Below, piece by piece: positions 16,554 through 29,078 of a stretch of DNA of 64,000 nucleotides. The stretch lies in sequence record DRR378314_2032. One strand, written 5' to 3'. Made by a program: the position numbers and the translations under genes. The notes under the pieces are model-generated. The model saw nothing but the letters and a program-made list of their open reading frames with translations. It searched no databases and had not been told where the DNA came from. Position 1 is the first letter of the stretch, and each line of letters begins with the position of its first letter.

Positions 16554-19500
16554 TTAAGAAATTGCGTTCTCCGATACATCTACCTCCTTCACTGTTCTTC
16601 CCTTTTGGATGGATAGCTTAATATCTTCCAAGACCAAATAAAGACAAGGCACAATCACCAAAATGATTGCCGTCGCGAAGACGATACCAAATCCCAAAGA
16701 AATGGCCATTGGAATTAAGTAGAATGCCTGACTGGAAGTTTCCAAAATAATAGGGGCAAGTCCACCAAAGGTGGTCATTGTGGTCAGGATAATAGGACGA
16801 AACCTGCGCAGTCCCGCTTCGTGGATGGATTTGTAAATGGGGTCACCTTCTTTTCGTCGTTTATTGGCATAATCTATCATGATCAAGGAATCGTTTACCA
16901 CTACACCGGACAAAGCGATAACGCCCATCAAACTTACCAAGGAAAGGTCATAGCCCAACAAAATGTGTCCTATCACGGCACCCACAATTCCAAAAGGTAT
17001 AGCAGTCATTACGATTAAGGGTTGTGAATAACTTCCAAAGGCAATGGCCAATAGCGCGTATATGAGCAACATGGCAATGGAAAACCCTGAACGCAGGGTA
17101 CTTGTACTTTCTCGCATATCGGCTTGGCTTCCTTCAAAGGTCCAGGTAATTCCAGGGAAATCAGCCCTAAGCTGGGGCAAGGTTTCTTCTTGTACTTTGG
17201 CAATAACCCTATTTACCGTATTTGCAGGTTCCACATCCATTCCCACATTCACCACCCTACGGCCATCCCTACGGTTGATACTGGTAAATGCTTCACGTTG
17301 TTTTACTTCAACAACATCCATTAAGGGGACTTCTACCCCATCCTGTGTTCTAATAAGAAAGTTTTCCAGGTTTCTGATATCCTTTCGTTGTTCGATGGGC
17401 AGCTTTACCCGAACTTCCACCTCGTCCATACCACGAAGCTGTCGCATCGCCAACGCCCCAAAGAAACCATTCCTTACCTGCCTTCCCACATCGTTCGAGG
17501 TAAGGCCCAAATTCCTGCCTTGGGGCAACAAATTAAAATCATACTGCAGCTTCCCGCTATTGTAATTGTCGGTAACATCACGCGTGTTGGAAAAGGCCTC
17601 CATCCGCTCAACAAAGGCTGCACTTGCTTTTTCAAGCACTTCAATATCTGTATGGCTCAAATCAATGCTAATGGCTTGCCGCGCCCCTCCGGGTCCACGT
17701 TCTGCTTCGAAAGTAATTTGATCCACCCCTTCAATGTCGCCGATATTGTCACGCCAAAGCGCAATGACTTCTGCTGCGGTAATATCGCGCTGATCGGGCG
17801 GAAGCATCACAATTTCCACGTCAATAAAGTTTTGCCCCCTTACATTCGTTTTTATTCCTTCGGCAACTTCGTACAGGTTATGTTCTTCGAACATTCTTTG
17901 GGTGGCATCCGAAATATCGTGGGCCACTTTTGCTGCCTGATCGGGGGTGGTGCCCACTGGTAGTCGCACACCGGCCTCTATTTCATCGGCCGCCACTTCG
18001 GGCATCATAATCATACCCATGTGACCACTGTATCCATATCCCCCCACAATCAATAACAGGACGATGGCACTGGTCAATGTAATATATCGGTGTTTAAGAC
18101 ATTTGTCCAAAACAGGACGATACCGCTTATCCACAAATTCATCGAACTTGTTGGCAAAAGTACGTTGCCAACCCTCCAATTGCTTAACCCATTTGTTCTT
18201 GCTTGGATTCTTCTTTAAATGTGCCAAGTGGGATGGTAGAATAAACAATGCCTCCAGCAAGGAAACGGCCAATATTACGATGACCACCGCAGGCAAGGGT
18301 TGCCAAAATTTACCCGTTTCGCCCGGCATAAAAAGCAAGGGCACAAAGGCAATAATCGTTGTGGTTATACTGAAGATAACCGGGCGGGATACATCTTTGG
18401 TTCCCGCAATGGCCGCTTTTATGGGACTCAGCCCTTTTTTCCGGTATTCGTAGACATTTTCCCCTACCACAATGGCATCATCAACCACAATACCGAGCAC
18501 CACCAAAAAACCGAACATCGAAATCATATTGACGCTTATTCCGATAAGCGGTAAAAAAATAATTCCCCCGATAAAGGAGACGGTCATCCCCATCATCACC
18601 CAAAAAGCAAGACGGTATTCCAGGAACAGGGTGAGTATCAAAAGTACGATGAGAATTGCCAACACACCGTTTTCTGTCAGCAAGGACAAACGTTCCCTAT
18701 AGTCCGAGGCCCTATTGCTGTCGGTGCGGTAGTTTACCCCTGGAGGCAACTTAAAATCTTCCAATATACCGAGGGCTGCATCTTCAATTTCCAAAGGAGA
18801 TTGGTCTCCTACCCTAAAAATTTGAAGTTCCACATAATTTTGTTGATTGAATTGGCCATGAAACCCAGTCTCCTCAAAACCATCGGTAATGGTCGCGATA
18901 TCGCTGAGGCTTACCTTGGCTCCCGAAGGTGCCGAAACAATGGTGATGTTTCCATATTCGTCGGCCCATTGTTTTCGCTCCTTCATCCGAAGCAAAATTT
19001 CTCCACTTTGTGTTTGAACTGCTCCTGCAGGCACATCGTTACTGCTTTGCCGAATAATATCGGCTACTTGGCCGAGGGTTAAATTGTATTTTTGAAGATT
19101 GTTCCGCGTAATCTCTATTCGCGTCTCGAAATCGGGAATGTTGTTGAGTTCGACTTGGGTGATTTCGGGATTGCTCAATAAAATGGTTCGAAGCCGTTCG
19201 GCAAGTATCCGCAAAGTCCAAATATCAGCTTCTCCGTATAGACCAATCTGTAGTACATCCCGCTGCCTAGATCTTAAGCTTACTTCGGGACGTTCGATGT
19301 CATCGGGGAAGGTTCGAATACGGTTAATGGCCTGGTCGATATCCTGAAAGGCTTTCATACGTTCGGAACCTGCGACCAGTTCAATATTGATCTCGCCCGA
19401 ACCTTCGTTAGCTTGGGAAACAATTTCCTTGATGCCTTGAACGCTTCGCACAGCTTCCTCCACGGGTTGAAGCACCCCTTGTTCCACTTCTGCAGGGGAG

Positions 19501-19700
19501 GCTCCCGGGTAGGCAACGGATACATCCACAAAATCAAGTTGAAATTCAGGAAATACCTCCTTTTGAATGGTGTACATGGTAAATATACCGCCACCCAGAA
19601 GTATCAGCATCAATAAATTGGCAGCAATGGAATTCCGTGCCATATAACCTATGGCACCTTCTTTTCTAACTTCTTTATCAGTATCTTTTTCCTCCTTCAT
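16554..19700 (-). CDS. RND efflux transporter permease (AcrB/AcrD/AcrF family)
   Basis: 1048 aa, [37 protein letters not shown]. Confidence 0.93.
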   Translation of the reverse strand: MKEEKDTDKEVRKEGAIGYMARNSIAANLLMLILLGGGIFTMYTIQKEVFPEFQLDFVDVSVAYPGASPAEVEQGVLQPVEEAVRSVQGIKEIVSQANEGSGEINIELVAGSERMKAFQDIDQAINRIRTFPDDIERPEVSLRSRQRDVLQIGLYGEADIWTLRILAERLRTILLSNPEITQVELNNIPDFETRIEITRNNLQKYNLTLGQVADIIRQSSNDVPAGAVQTQSGEILLRMKERKQWADEYGNITIVSAPSGAKVSLSDIATITDGFEETGFHGQFNQQNYVELQIFRVGDQSPLEIEDAALGILEDFKLPPGVNYRTDSNRASDYRERLSLLTENGVLAILIVLLILTLFLEYRLAFWVMMGMTVSFIGGIIFLPLIGISVNMISMFGFLVVLGIVVDDAIVVGENVYEYRKKGLSPIKAAIAGTKDVSRPVIFSITTTIIAFVPLLFMPGETGKFWQPLPAVVIVILAVSLLEALFILPSHLAHLKKNPSKNKWVKQLEGWQRTFANKFDEFVDKRYRPVLDKCLKHRYITLTSAIVLLLIVGGYGYSGHMGMIMMPEVAADEIEAGVRLPVGTTPDQAAKVAHDISDATQRMFEEHNLYEVAEGIKTNVRGQNFIDVEIVMLPPDQRDITAAEVIALWRDNIGDIEGVDQITFEAERGPGGARQAISIDLSHTDIEVLEKASAAFVERMEAFSNTRDVTDNYNSGKLQYDFNLLPQGRNLGLTSNDVGRQVRNGFFGALAMRQLRGMDEVEVRVKLPIEQRKDIRNLENFLIRTQDGVEVPLMDVVEVKQREAFTSINRRDGRRVVNVGMDVEPANTVNRVIAKVQEETLPQLRADFPGITWTFEGSQADMRESTSTLRSGFSIAMLLIYALLAIAFGSYSQPLIVMTAIPFGIVGAVIGHILLGYDLSLVSLMGVIALSGVVVNDSLIMIDYANKRRKEGDPIYKSIHEAGLRRFRPIILTTMTTFGGLAPIILETSSQAFYLIPMAISLGFGIVFATAIILVIVPCLYLVLEDIKLSIQKGRTVKEVDVSENAIS

Positions 19701-19708
19701 AGCAACTT

Positions 19709-20917
19709 TTAGTCATTTTCTTCTTCCGAAGTCCCTGTGGACCTTGTACGTAATTCTATCCCATTGGTGACCGTGCTCAAGTTGGTGGTCACTATCTTGT
19801 CTCCTTCCTCCAATCCCGATTGTACATAGACATATTCATTGTCGGTAAGGATGATATCCAATTCCCGGATTTCCAAAAGTTCATCTTTCATCACCCAAGC
19901 AGTTTGGTTGCTCCTAACCAAATTTCTATCCATACGAACCACATTTGGTATGGAATCTGCTTCGATATTTACTTCGACAAAAGTTCCGATCATTAGTTTG
20001 GGAGCGCCCTCCAATGCTTTGGATGTCGCCAAGGGGTCTTCTACCCTGACCAAAACCCTTGCCAATCGGGTTTGTGCATCCAAAGCCCCTATTTGTCGAT
20101 CTAAATAGCCTGTACGAGAAGCTCCTGTTGTCCATGCCGATGGATTCTCAATATGGACCAGAGAGCCTTTTTCCGAGTTTGATTCTGGAAATTTCAACCA
20201 CTGCAATCGAGAAACGGGTACGGTGGCCGTCACCCAATAACTATCGGTCCCAACAATTCTTCCTAAATTATCTCCTTGGGCCACTTGAGAACCTACCGTA
20301 ACGTTTTGGCTTAGAATATGGGCGTCAAATGGTGCTCTAATGGTCGTACGTTCCAAATTCAACTCTGCTTGGTTCACGGATGCGCGGGCAGCTTCAATAG
20401 TAGCCTTTACCGCATTTAACTGTGGTTTGCGCAATACCAATTGTGTTTCATTATCGGAAAGTGGGTTGTCTCCAAATAGAGAGTCATTATTGATCAGCTG
20501 CAAGTCTTGTTCAGCAATTTGCTGCCTTCCCATTTCGGTGGCAAGGGTTGTTTCGGATTGCAAAAGTTCGCTTTTTCGGAGTTCCAGGGTGTTTTGGTAA
20601 TCCGCTGGGTCTATTTGTAACAATACTTCTCCTTTTTTCACAAAACCACCTGGGGTAAATGCCGGATCCCTGCGTATGATCTGTCCAGGCACCAAAGGGC
20701 TCAAAACCACATCCTCTACCGGTTGTACGGTTCCCGTAGCCACAATGGTTGGGGCAAAAGTGCCTTTTTCAGCTGTGACCACATCAACCAAAATAGCGGT
20801 CTCGATGGTAGCGCCCTCTTGCTGTGCTTCGGGTTCGGTGGAAAAAATGAGTGTTGTCACCAAAATCCCCCCTAGAAGAATGGCCAAACAAATCCAAATT
20901 ACCTTTTTATTGTTCAT
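19709..20917 (-). CDS. RND periplasmic adaptor (membrane fusion protein)
   Basis: N-terminal [15 protein letters not shown] and TTIRAPFDA lipoyl halves, coiled coil. Confidence 0.9.
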   Translation of the reverse strand: MNNKKVIWICLAILLGGILVTTLIFSTEPEAQQEGATIETAILVDVVTAEKGTFAPTIVATGTVQPVEDVVLSPLVPGQIIRRDPAFTPGGFVKKGEVLLQIDPADYQNTLELRKSELLQSETTLATEMGRQQIAEQDLQLINNDSLFGDNPLSDNETQLVLRKPQLNAVKATIEAARASVNQAELNLERTTIRAPFDAHILSQNVTVGSQVAQGDNLGRIVGTDSYWVTATVPVSRLQWLKFPESNSEKGSLVHIENPSAWTTGASRTGYLDRQIGALDAQTRLARVLVRVEDPLATSKALEGAPKLMIGTFVEVNIEADSIPNVVRMDRNLVRSNQTAWVMKDELLEIRELDIILTDNEYVYVQSGLEEGDKIVTTNLSTVTNGIELRTRSTGTSEEEND

Positions 20918-22361
20918 ATAGTTCGTTCAGTTTACTGTTCCAATCATCCAATTCCCTTCCGGTTTCAAAACCTCCGGCCAAGGCCCGGTATAATGCTATC
21001 CTTATTTGGATATGCTGCAGTTGTGCCGCAACATAGTCTCTTCGCAATTGTTGTTCTTGATCCAGACCCAGCAGTACATCCAAATATGGACTGAAACCAT
21101 TAAGAAATTCTACCCTAAGCTGTTTGTTACTTTTCTCCGCCAGTTCTAGTTGCCTTCCAATGTTTTCCAATCTTTCGGTTTGCTTTATATCTTGTACCAA
21201 CGCATCCTCTACCTCCCTAAAAGCGACCAATGTGGCCTGTCCGTACTCGTACAATCGCTGTTCTTTAATCGCTGTGGTTCTATCCACTTCAGCTTTTAAT
21301 TGTCCTCCATAAAAAAGCGGTGCCAAAATGTTTCCTGCCAAGGAATATGCCCAATTGTCAAAAAGGTTATCGAAATTATTGGAACGAAGCTGTCCACGGC
21401 CGCTTAAGGTGATTCTTGGGTATTTGCTCTGCACTGCGGAGGCCATATCCCTATCGGCCGCAACCAAAAGCGCAAAAGATTGTTTTAAATCAGGTCTTCG
21501 CCTGACCAAATCCAGAGGTAATCCGGTCTCGGGCAATTCGGGCACAGTTGCCATTTCGGCCTCTGCAATATCGAGTTGAATTTGTGGCTGTTTGCCCAAC
21601 AGTACAGACAGCTGATTTTCTATGAGTTGGATATTGGTTTCAAAAATTATCTTCTGTTCCTTGGTACTTTCCAGCAATTGGGCCTGTCTTAAAATATCCA
21701 CTGCCCGTATTTGTCCCCCTACAAAGCGCGAACGGATGAGTTTGATGATAGCTTCATTGGTTTTGATTTGGTCTTCGGTGATTTGTAATTGTTTATTGGC
21801 TGCTAACAATTGGTACCAGGTCGAGGCTATTTCTGCCGACAGTGACAGTGAAAGTGTCTGATAGTCAAAATAGGAGGCTTCTGACCTAAATTTTTCTGCA
21901 TTTACGGCGGTGCCGATACGCCCCCATAAATCGAGTTCGTAACTGGACAAAAAGCCCAACTGTGTATTCTCACCACCAACGAAATCCGGCTCCGGAAGTG
22001 TTCTTGCCGTCTGGGCCGAAGCTTCAATGGACGGCCATTTATTGGAGGCTTGGGACCTGACCGTGGCCCTGGTCGACAAAAATTGTTGCCAAGTGGCCGC
22101 CAAGTTTAGATTGGATTGCATGGCCGTATCTATCAAGCTGTTCAATTCTTCATCTTGAAAGGCTTCCCACCATTTATCCTGCACCAAAGAATCTCCTTTT
22201 TCCGTGAAATCCTCAAATTCATCCAAGGGTGGGGATAAGTCCGAATATTTTGGAGAGCAATTGAAACAGAGCAATCCTAAAATTGAAAAAAGAAACAAAA
22301 CCGCAACACTCTTTCTGTTTTCGACGCTTATAAGACACTCCTCAATTTTGCTCTTTCTCAT
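20907..22361 (-). CDS. Outer membrane efflux lipoprotein (TolC/NodT family)
   Basis: Lipobox-like FNC, WWEAFQDEEL, YELDLWGR, RRRPDL, LYRALAGG; start uncertain. Confidence 0.9.
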   Translation of the reverse strand: MRKSKIEECLISVENRKSVAVLFLFSILGLLCFNCSPKYSDLSPPLDEFEDFTEKGDSLVQDKWWEAFQDEELNSLIDTAMQSNLNLAATWQQFLSTRATVRSQASNKWPSIEASAQTARTLPEPDFVGGENTQLGFLSSYELDLWGRIGTAVNAEKFRSEASYFDYQTLSLSLSAEIASTWYQLLAANKQLQITEDQIKTNEAIIKLIRSRFVGGQIRAVDILRQAQLLESTKEQKIIFETNIQLIENQLSVLLGKQPQIQLDIAEAEMATVPELPETGLPLDLVRRRPDLKQSFALLVAADRDMASAVQSKYPRITLSGRGQLRSNNFDNLFDNWAYSLAGNILAPLFYGGQLKAEVDRTTAIKEQRLYEYGQATLVAFREVEDALVQDIKQTERLENIGRQLELAEKSNKQLRVEFLNGFSPYLDVLLGLDQEQQLRRDYVAAQLQHIQIRIALYRALAGGFETGRELDDWNSKLNELYEQ

Positions 22362-22644
22362 TTCCTTGATTTGATAAACTAAGTTTAACAAAAAAACATT
22401 CCTTATAATTTCGTGAATTTCAAGGCGATTTGAAAAAAAAACTGCTCAAACAACAATCCCAAGCCCCTAAACAGCAAAAAATACCCTGAAAAGCAAGTTT
22501 TGAACGGATTTAAGCAACTCTTCCAAGGGGAAAATTGCCCATTTTGTTTAAGGTCCAAGTGTTTGGAAAGCTTCTTTTTCCAGTCCAATCCCCATAATAG
22601 GATTTATGGATTTGAGATATGGACAATGATAAGGATAAATATAG

Positions 22645-22666
22645 TAGGCCCACTATAGGCCCACTA
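22645..22666. repeat. Tandem 11-bp direct duplication covering the ABC permease stop codon
   Basis: TAGGCCCACTA at 22645-22655 and 22656-22666. Confidence 0.7.
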
Positions 22667-25201
22667 CTCTTTCTCCTTCTTCAAAACCGAAAGTGGGGAA
22701 TTTCTAACAATACTTATGCTGTTTGCGACCCCCAAAGCAAAAACCAATAGGGTAATGGAAGGAAGAATAATTAAGAAAGGAACCCATGATGGTGCAAAGG
22801 CAGTTTCAAACAACATATAAGCCAACAGGGAACTTCCCAAAACAGCGAGCAATACACCCATAAAAGCCCCTAAAAACCCAAGGACGGCATACTCAATGGC
22901 AATCATTTTTAAAATTTGGGAACTTTGAGCACCTAAAGTCCTGAGCAGGGCCCCTTGTTTTACACGTTGGTGCTTGCTGCTATAGATGGCTCCCATAAGT
23001 ACTGCAACCCCTACAAAAATGCTGAAGAAGGCCATAAAATTTATGACCCAACCGATTTTTCCAAGAATATCTTCCAACAGACTAAGGATTCGTTTTAAAT
23101 CCAAAATGGAAACATTGGGAAATTGACGCACCAATTGCTTTTGTATTTGTGCCGAACCTTGATCATCGGTGGTTCTTGTGGTCATTACCCCAAATTGTGG
23201 GGCGTTTTCCAGTACTCCAGATGGAAAAACGATAGAGAAGTTAGGCTGTAACCTGCTCCAATCTACTTCGCGAATGCTTTGTACTACAGTACTCATTATC
23301 CTACCTTGTACATTAAAAGATACGGAGTCCCCGATGGTGACTTTGGCCATATTGGCAAAATCACTGCTCACAGAAATAGGAACATCGGAATCTGAGTTGA
23401 CACTGCTTACCCAATCGCCTTCCAAAATACGTTCAGAACCAATAAGACTGTCCCGATAGGTCACCCGAAACTCGTGGTTCAATATCCATCTTCCCACTTG
23501 TGATGTGGTATCTTTTCTAATATCCTCTACGTGTCTGTCTTTTAAGGTTTCCACCCGCATTGTCACTATTGGAATTTTATCGATCACAGGATAACCTGAA
23601 GCCTTGATCGTATTGGAAACCCCGTCTACTTGTTGGTTCTGAATGTCCATCAAAATCATATTAGCACTATTGGCACTATCTTCAATGGCCGCCTTTTCCA
23701 AGAGCATGTCCTTGGTAAAATAAAGCGTGCTGATCAAAAATGTTCCAATGCCAATGGACAATACCAATACCAATGTCTGGTTTTGTGGTCTAAACAAATT
23801 TTTCAGGCTTTGGCGAGCTATAAAACCCCACGAATGCGGAAAGAATCTTTTCAACATGGCCATAAATAATCGGGCTACCGCGGTCAAAATCAAAAAGACA
23901 ACCAAGAGTCCACCAACAAAATACAAGGAACGAAGAAAGTCGCCGAGCAACCAAAACGAAAAAGAGAATACAAACAACACAATTCCCAAACCAACTGCCG
24001 TGGTCGCCCTTTTGGATCGGGATTTGGTTTCCTGTACCACACGCAAGGCTTGCAAGGGCGAAACGTACAAGGTCTTCATCAAGGGGTAGAGTGCGAACAA
24101 TACGGACATCGCCAATCCCAATGAGAGACCTAGGAATATGCTTTGAAGTGAAAACGTGATATCAACATCGACGGGCAATAAATCGCCCAATAATACGGGA
24201 AACAATTGTTGCAGTAAATACCCGATTACTGTACCCAGCAATCCGCCAACAATCCCCATACAGGCTATCTGAAGGAAGAAAATAAGGTAACTCTGCCGTT
24301 TTGAAGCACCCAAGCATTTGAGCACGGCAATGGATTTTATCTTCATTTGAACGTAAATCCCCATGCCACTGGCGATACCTACACACCCCAAAAGCAAGGC
24401 TATAAAACCAACCAGATTGAGGAACTTTCCAAAGTTTTCGTAGCGCCTTCCCAAGCGTCGAGCTTCGGATAGATGGGTATCCAAATCGGCTTCTTCGGCA
24501 TCCAGTATTGGGTCAACTTTTTCATCCAACATAGCCATATCCACGCTTTCATCGGCCTTGAAATAATATTTGTATTCAATTCGACTACCTGTCTGTACCA
24601 GACCTGTTGATTCGATGAATTGAAAAGGAATGAGAATGGGTGGTGCAATCGCCCCAAAAACCGATGTGCTTCCTGGGACTGTTTCCAATTCTCCGGCTAT
24701 GGGAAGGGTAACGGCTCCCAACTTTATACTGTCTCCAACCTTTAGGTTGAGCTGTAGCATGGTAGTTGCATCTACCAAAGCCCCACCGTTTCTAAAATCT
24801 TTTGCTGCGGAAACGGGGGTAGTTTCCAATTCTCCATAAAATGGAAAACCGCCTTCCACGCCCCTAACTTCCATTAGCTTGGTGCCATTATTTCCCGGAA
24901 AGGCCGCCATGGACATAAAATTGATTTCCCGTGCATCGGCCCCGCCCAAAGAATCCATAATGCCCATTACCCTATCATTTACAGGTTTGTCGCTTTCAAT
25001 AAGGTAATCCGCACCCAAAAGTGCTTTGGACTGCGAGGCAATATTATCTTTTAATAAATCACTAAAGGAATGGACGCTTACGACTGCGGCCACTCCCAAG
25101 GTTATGGAGAAGACAAATAATAAAAGTTTACCGTAGCTTGCTTTGCCATCGCGCCATGCCATTTTCAGCAGCCAAGAAAATCCAGTGTTGTTCTTTTTCA
25201 T
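22664..25201 (-). CDS. ABC transporter permease, YbbP/FtsX-MacB type
   Basis: 845 aa, two FtsX-like TM clusters (IAVLKCLGAS, ALLRTLGA), FPFYGEL. Confidence 0.88.
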   Translation of the reverse strand: MKKNNTGFSWLLKMAWRDGKASYGKLLLFVFSITLGVAAVVSVHSFSDLLKDNIASQSKALLGADYLIESDKPVNDRVMGIMDSLGGADAREINFMSMAAFPGNNGTKLMEVRGVEGGFPFYGELETTPVSAAKDFRNGGALVDATTMLQLNLKVGDSIKLGAVTLPIAGELETVPGSTSVFGAIAPPILIPFQFIESTGLVQTGSRIEYKYYFKADESVDMAMLDEKVDPILDAEEADLDTHLSEARRLGRRYENFGKFLNLVGFIALLLGCVGIASGMGIYVQMKIKSIAVLKCLGASKRQSYLIFFLQIACMGIVGGLLGTVIGYLLQQLFPVLLGDLLPVDVDITFSLQSIFLGLSLGLAMSVLFALYPLMKTLYVSPLQALRVVQETKSRSKRATTAVGLGIVLFVFSFSFWLLGDFLRSLYFVGGLLVVFLILTAVARLFMAMLKRFFPHSWGFIARQSLKNLFRPQNQTLVLVLSIGIGTFLISTLYFTKDMLLEKAAIEDSANSANMILMDIQNQQVDGVSNTIKASGYPVIDKIPIVTMRVETLKDRHVEDIRKDTTSQVGRWILNHEFRVTYRDSLIGSERILEGDWVSSVNSDSDVPISVSSDFANMAKVTIGDSVSFNVQGRIMSTVVQSIREVDWSRLQPNFSIVFPSGVLENAPQFGVMTTRTTDDQGSAQIQKQLVRQFPNVSILDLKRILSLLEDILGKIGWVINFMAFFSIFVGVAVLMGAIYSSKHQRVKQGALLRTLGAQSSQILKMIAIEYAVLGFLGAFMGVLLAVLGSSLLAYMLFETAFAPSWVPFLIILPSITLLVFALGVANSISIVRNSPLSVLKKEKE

Positions 25202-25203
25202 AA

Positions 25204-25881
25204 TTAGCCTACGGTTTGCTCAATTTTGCCAGATCTTAGGCGAATACTTTTATCTGTTTTTTTGGCTAGCTCCAAATCATGGGTCACAATGACAAGTGCT
25301 GTACCTTGTTCCTTGTTGAGTTCAAAAAGCAAGTCTTCTATTTTGATACCCGTATCGTCATCAAGGTTCCCTGTAGGCTCATCGGCAAAAAGAATGGCCG
25401 GTTTATTGGCAAAGGCCCGGGCCAATGCCACTCGCTGTTGCTCTCCGCCAGATAATTGTGAAGGATAGTGTCCTGTTCTATCCAACAATCCGACCTTATC
25501 CAGTAGTTCCTTACCCTGAGCTGCCGCATTTTTTACACCTCGAAGTTCCAAAGGAACGATTACGTTTTCCAAAGCGGTCAAGGTAGGCAACAATTGGAAG
25601 TCCTGAAAAACAAAACCTACATTCTGGTTTCTTAGGCGTGCTCTGCCATCTTCATCAAGCTCAAACAAATTTTGGCCACAAAGCCAAATTTCGCCTTCAT
25701 CCGTGGTATCCAATCCGGCACAAAGTCCCAATAAGGTGGTTTTTCCACTACCAGATGGGCCGACAATCGCAAAACTTTCGCCCTCTCCCACTTCAAAAGA
25801 AACATTGTTGAGTACATTGAGGTCGTGTTCACCACTTCGATAAGTTTTAGAGAGGTGTTGAACTTTTAATATCTTTGACAT
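25204..25881 (-). CDS. ABC ATP-binding protein, YbbA/LolD type
   Basis: GPSGSGKT, LSGGEQQRVA, FADEPTGNLD. Confidence 0.93.
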   Translation of the reverse strand: MSKILKVQHLSKTYRSGEHDLNVLNNVSFEVGEGESFAIVGPSGSGKTTLLGLCAGLDTTDEGEIWLCGQNLFELDEDGRARLRNQNVGFVFQDFQLLPTLTALENVIVPLELRGVKNAAAQGKELLDKVGLLDRTGHYPSQLSGGEQQRVALARAFANKPAILFADEPTGNLDDDTGIKIEDLLFELNKEQGTALVIVTHDLELAKKTDKSIRLRSGKIEQTVG

Positions 25882-25923
25882 AACACGCTTTTGGTTAAAA
25901 CTTTCAAAATACTAAAATAGATC

Positions 25924-26625
25924 ATGACCAAGAAAACCCCGAGCTTCACTTTGCCGTTAATGTTTTGTTATTTTTTGACATTACTACTTCTTGGATGTGG
26001 AGAAAAGAACGCTAAAAAAGATACTGAGGAAACCTCAACAACCGAAGAAACAGCCGTAACCGAGGCCAAAGGTTCCAATAAAAAAATCCTTTTTTTTGGT
26101 GATAGCCTTACCGCTGGCTATGGATTGGAGGTCAGTGAAGCCTTTCCCGCTCTTATCCAACAAAAAATTGATTCTTTGGAGTTGGAATACACCGTGATCA
26201 ATGCCGGGCTAAGCGGAGAAACCACGGCAAGCGGAAAAAATAGGTTGGAGTGGGTACTGGAAGATGATATCGACATCATTATCATAGAATTGGGTGCCAA
26301 TGATGGGCTCCGAGGTGTTCCTCTAACAGAAACGGAATCGAATCTTCAAGCTATGATAGATACCGTTCAAAGCAAATTGCCCGAAGCAAAAATTATTTTG
26401 GCCGGCATGAAGATTCCGCCGAACATGGGACCGGAATACACATCAAAATTTGAAAGCATATTTCCTGAACTGGCTGCATCAGAAAATGTAAAATTAATTC
26501 CTTTTCTATTGGAAAATGTGGCCGGGATGCCCGAACTGAACCAAGGAGATGGTATTCATCCAACAATAGAAGGGCAAAAATTGGTTGCGAACAATGTCTG
26601 GGAGGTTTTAAAACCAATGCTCTAA
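25924..26625 (+). CDS. SGNH arylesterase/acyl-CoA thioesterase I (TesA-like) lipoprotein
   Basis: FGDSLTAGYG, NAGLSGETT, ELGANDGLRG, DGIHP; divergent from the ybbA-like gene as in tesA-ybbAP. Confidence 0.9.
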   Translation: MTKKTPSFTLPLMFCYFLTLLLLGCGEKNAKKDTEETSTTEETAVTEAKGSNKKILFFGDSLTAGYGLEVSEAFPALIQQKIDSLELEYTVINAGLSGETTASGKNRLEWVLEDDIDIIIIELGANDGLRGVPLTETESNLQAMIDTVQSKLPEAKIILAGMKIPPNMGPEYTSKFESIFPELAASENVKLIPFLLENVAGMPELNQGDGIHPTIEGQKLVANNVWEVLKPML

Positions 26626-26680
26626 ATTTTATATACAAAACGTATATTTATACCGCACACCAAAACTAAACTAACATATC

Positions 26681-27655
26681 ATGAAGATATTTATTCATCT
26701 TCAGGAATACTTTTTGGCTTGTTCTAAGCATTCCAATAAAAAAGTACTCCTTTTTTTCTGCGGAATTCTAGCTTCTTTACTGTCCTATTCCCAAAAAAAG
26801 AAAGTAGATACCACCAGTTTTATCCAAACCGTGAATATTGAAAACGGAAACATCGAAACTGTTTTGGCCATCAATGAACATTTTGAGGCTCCCAACTGGC
26901 ACCCGGACAATTATCTAATACTTAATAGCAAAGGTAAACTGTACACCCTGGACTTGAAATCGAAAGATTTGGAGCAATTGGATACTGATTTTGCAGACCA
27001 ATGCAACAATGACCATGGGATTTCGGCGGACGGTAAATGGTTGGCCATTAGTCATAACGATATGACAGACCCCTCGCCCAAATCTTATAAATCTGCTATT
27101 TACGTAGTGCCCATAGATGGGGGAACACCCAAAAAGGTTACCACAAAAGTGCCGTCGTATTGGCATGGCTGGTCACCGGATGGAAAAAGATTGGCCTATT
27201 GTGCCGAACGAAACGGAAATTATGATGTGTACACCATTAGCGTAAATGGCGGAAAGGAAAAAAGATTGACCACCGCAGAAGGCCTGGACGATGGACCTGA
27301 ATATTCGCCGGACGGAAAATACATTTATTACAATTCCTATAAATCCGGACATATGCAGATTTGGCGGATGCTGGCCAATGGTAAAAAACAAGAACAGTTG
27401 ACTTTTGATGAAAACTCGAATTGGTTTCCACACCCTTCCCCAGATGGAAAATGGATCGTGTACATCGCCTATACTTCCGATCAAAAGCAAGACCATTTAT
27501 TTGGCAAACAAGTAAAACTAAGACTTATGAATCTTGAAACGAATGACATAAAGGATATAACTCCTGTCTTTTTTGGCGGCCAAGGTACCATAAACGTGCC
27601 TTCTTGGAGTCCTGACAGTAAAAAATTGGCCTTTGTGAGCTATTCGGTCAACTAA
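26681..27655 (+). CDS. TolB-like (PD40) beta-propeller protein
   Basis: Repeated WSPDGK / YSPDGK / PSPDGK / WSPDSK motifs. Confidence 0.85.
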   Translation: MKIFIHLQEYFLACSKHSNKKVLLFFCGILASLLSYSQKKKVDTTSFIQTVNIENGNIETVLAINEHFEAPNWHPDNYLILNSKGKLYTLDLKSKDLEQLDTDFADQCNNDHGISADGKWLAISHNDMTDPSPKSYKSAIYVVPIDGGTPKKVTTKVPSYWHGWSPDGKRLAYCAERNGNYDVYTISVNGGKEKRLTTAEGLDDGPEYSPDGKYIYYNSYKSGHMQIWRMLANGKKQEQLTFDENSNWFPHPSPDGKWIVYIAYTSDQKQDHLFGKQVKLRLMNLETNDIKDITPVFFGGQGTINVPSWSPDSKKLAFVSYSVN

Positions 27656-27677
27656 AAACATTAAAGATCAAGAATTG

Positions 27678-29078
27678 ATGAAGAAAGATAATTTGAATAA
27701 AAGAAGAAAATTTTTACGTCAAATTGGAGCCACCACATTGGCTTCGGCAGCAACCCCGTTCGCATCTTTTGCGGCGCAAGAAAAGGCTGAAGAGCGCATT
27801 TTGCGATATGAAAAAGGATTTTCCAATAACGATACTGTAAGAATCGGTGTAATCGGATACGGTGTGCAAGGGCATTTTGACCTGAACACCGCCCTACAAG
27901 TTCCTGGGGTCGAACTTGCAGGTATATGTGATCTGTACAAAGGTAGATTAACGCGAGCCCAAGAAGAGTTTGGAAAAGATCTGTTTGTTACCAGAAGCTA
28001 CAAAGAGCTGCTAAACCAAGATGATATTGATGCCGTCTTGATATGCACAACGGATGTTTGGCACTCAAGGATAACCCTCGATGCTTTGGCCAAAGGAAAG
28101 CATGTGTACCTGGAGAAACCGATGATGCACAAAATTGAGGAAGGCTACCCTATGATGAAAGCTGCCGAAAAATCGGGCAAAGTAGTTCAGATAGGCAGCC
28201 AACGAGTAAGTAGCGTTGGCTACGCCAAAGCCAAGGAGCTTTTAGCCGACGGAGAGATTGGAGAGCTCAATATGGTGAAAGCCGCTTGGGACCGTCAAAG
28301 CTCCATCGGCGCTTGGCAATATACCATTCCAGATGATGCCAGCCCGGAAACCACCGATTGGGACACCTTTATTGAGGTAACCGACAAAATGGACTTTGAT
28401 GCCAAAAAATTCTTTTGGTGGAGAGCTTACAAAGAATTTGGAACAGGTGTGGCAGGAGACCTTTACATCCATTTATTGAGCGGGACCCATTTTATAACGA
28501 ATTCCAAAGGTCCCGAGGATATTTACAGTACAGGGCAATTTAGTTACTGGAACGATGGTAGAAATATGCCCGATGTGATGTCCGGTGTGATGCAATATCC
28601 AAAAAGCACAGAGCACCCGGCATTTCAATTAAATCTTCAGGTAAACTTTGTTAGTGGAACGGGAGGACAAGAAATCATTCAATTGATAGGTTCTGAAGGA
28701 ACCATCACCATAAACGGGAACGACATCACCGTTGGGTACAGCAAAATGCCGGAAGCCCCCGGTTTTGGAGGGTACGACTCTGTGTTTACCTTTCCAGAAG
28801 AAATGCAAAACCGAATGAAAGCCGATTATAATGCCAAATGGACAGAAGCGCAACAAAATCGGCACCCAAAAGGCGATGTAATATATAAAGCGCCTGAGGG
28901 CTATAGTGCCCATTTGGAGCATTTTACCAACTTCTTTGATGCAATTAGATCAGGAAAAAAAGTGGTGGAAGATGCTGAGTTTGGCTTTAGGGCGGCAGCT
29001 CCAGCCTTGGCTTGTAACACCAGTTATTTTGATAAGAAAATAATGACCTGGGATCCCATACAAATGAAATTGGTTTAA
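27678..29078 (+). CDS. Tat-exported Gfo/Idh/MocA oxidoreductase
   Basis: RRKFL twin-arginine signal, IGVIGYGVQG, HVYLEKPM. Confidence 0.88.
   Translation: MKKDNLNKRRKFLRQIGATTLASAATPFASFAAQEKAEERILRYEKGFSNNDTVRIGVIGYGVQGHFDLNTALQVPGVELAGICDLYKGRLTRAQEEFGKDLFVTRSYKELLNQDDIDAVLICTTDVWHSRITLDALAKGKHVYLEKPMMHKIEEGYPMMKAAEKSGKVVQIGSQRVSSVGYAKAKELLADGEIGELNMVKAAWDRQSSIGAWQYTIPDDASPETTDWDTFIEVTDKMDFDAKKFFWWRAYKEFGTGVAGDLYIHLLSGTHFITNSKGPEDIYSTGQFSYWNDGRNMPDVMSGVMQYPKSTEHPAFQLNLQVNFVSGTGGQEIIQLIGSEGTITINGNDITVGYSKMPEAPGFGGYDSVFTFPEEMQNRMKADYNAKWTEAQQNRHPKGDVIYKAPEGYSAHLEHFTNFFDAIRSGKKVVEDAEFGFRAAAPALACNTSYFDKKIMTWDPIQMKLV

Noticed and set aside
17044-17963. 173-aa and 191-aa plus-strand ORFs
   Set aside because: Antisense shadows of the RND permease
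22403-22588. 61-aa ORF upstream of the TolC-like gene
   Set aside because: TTG start, no recognisable homology, low-complexity A/T runs
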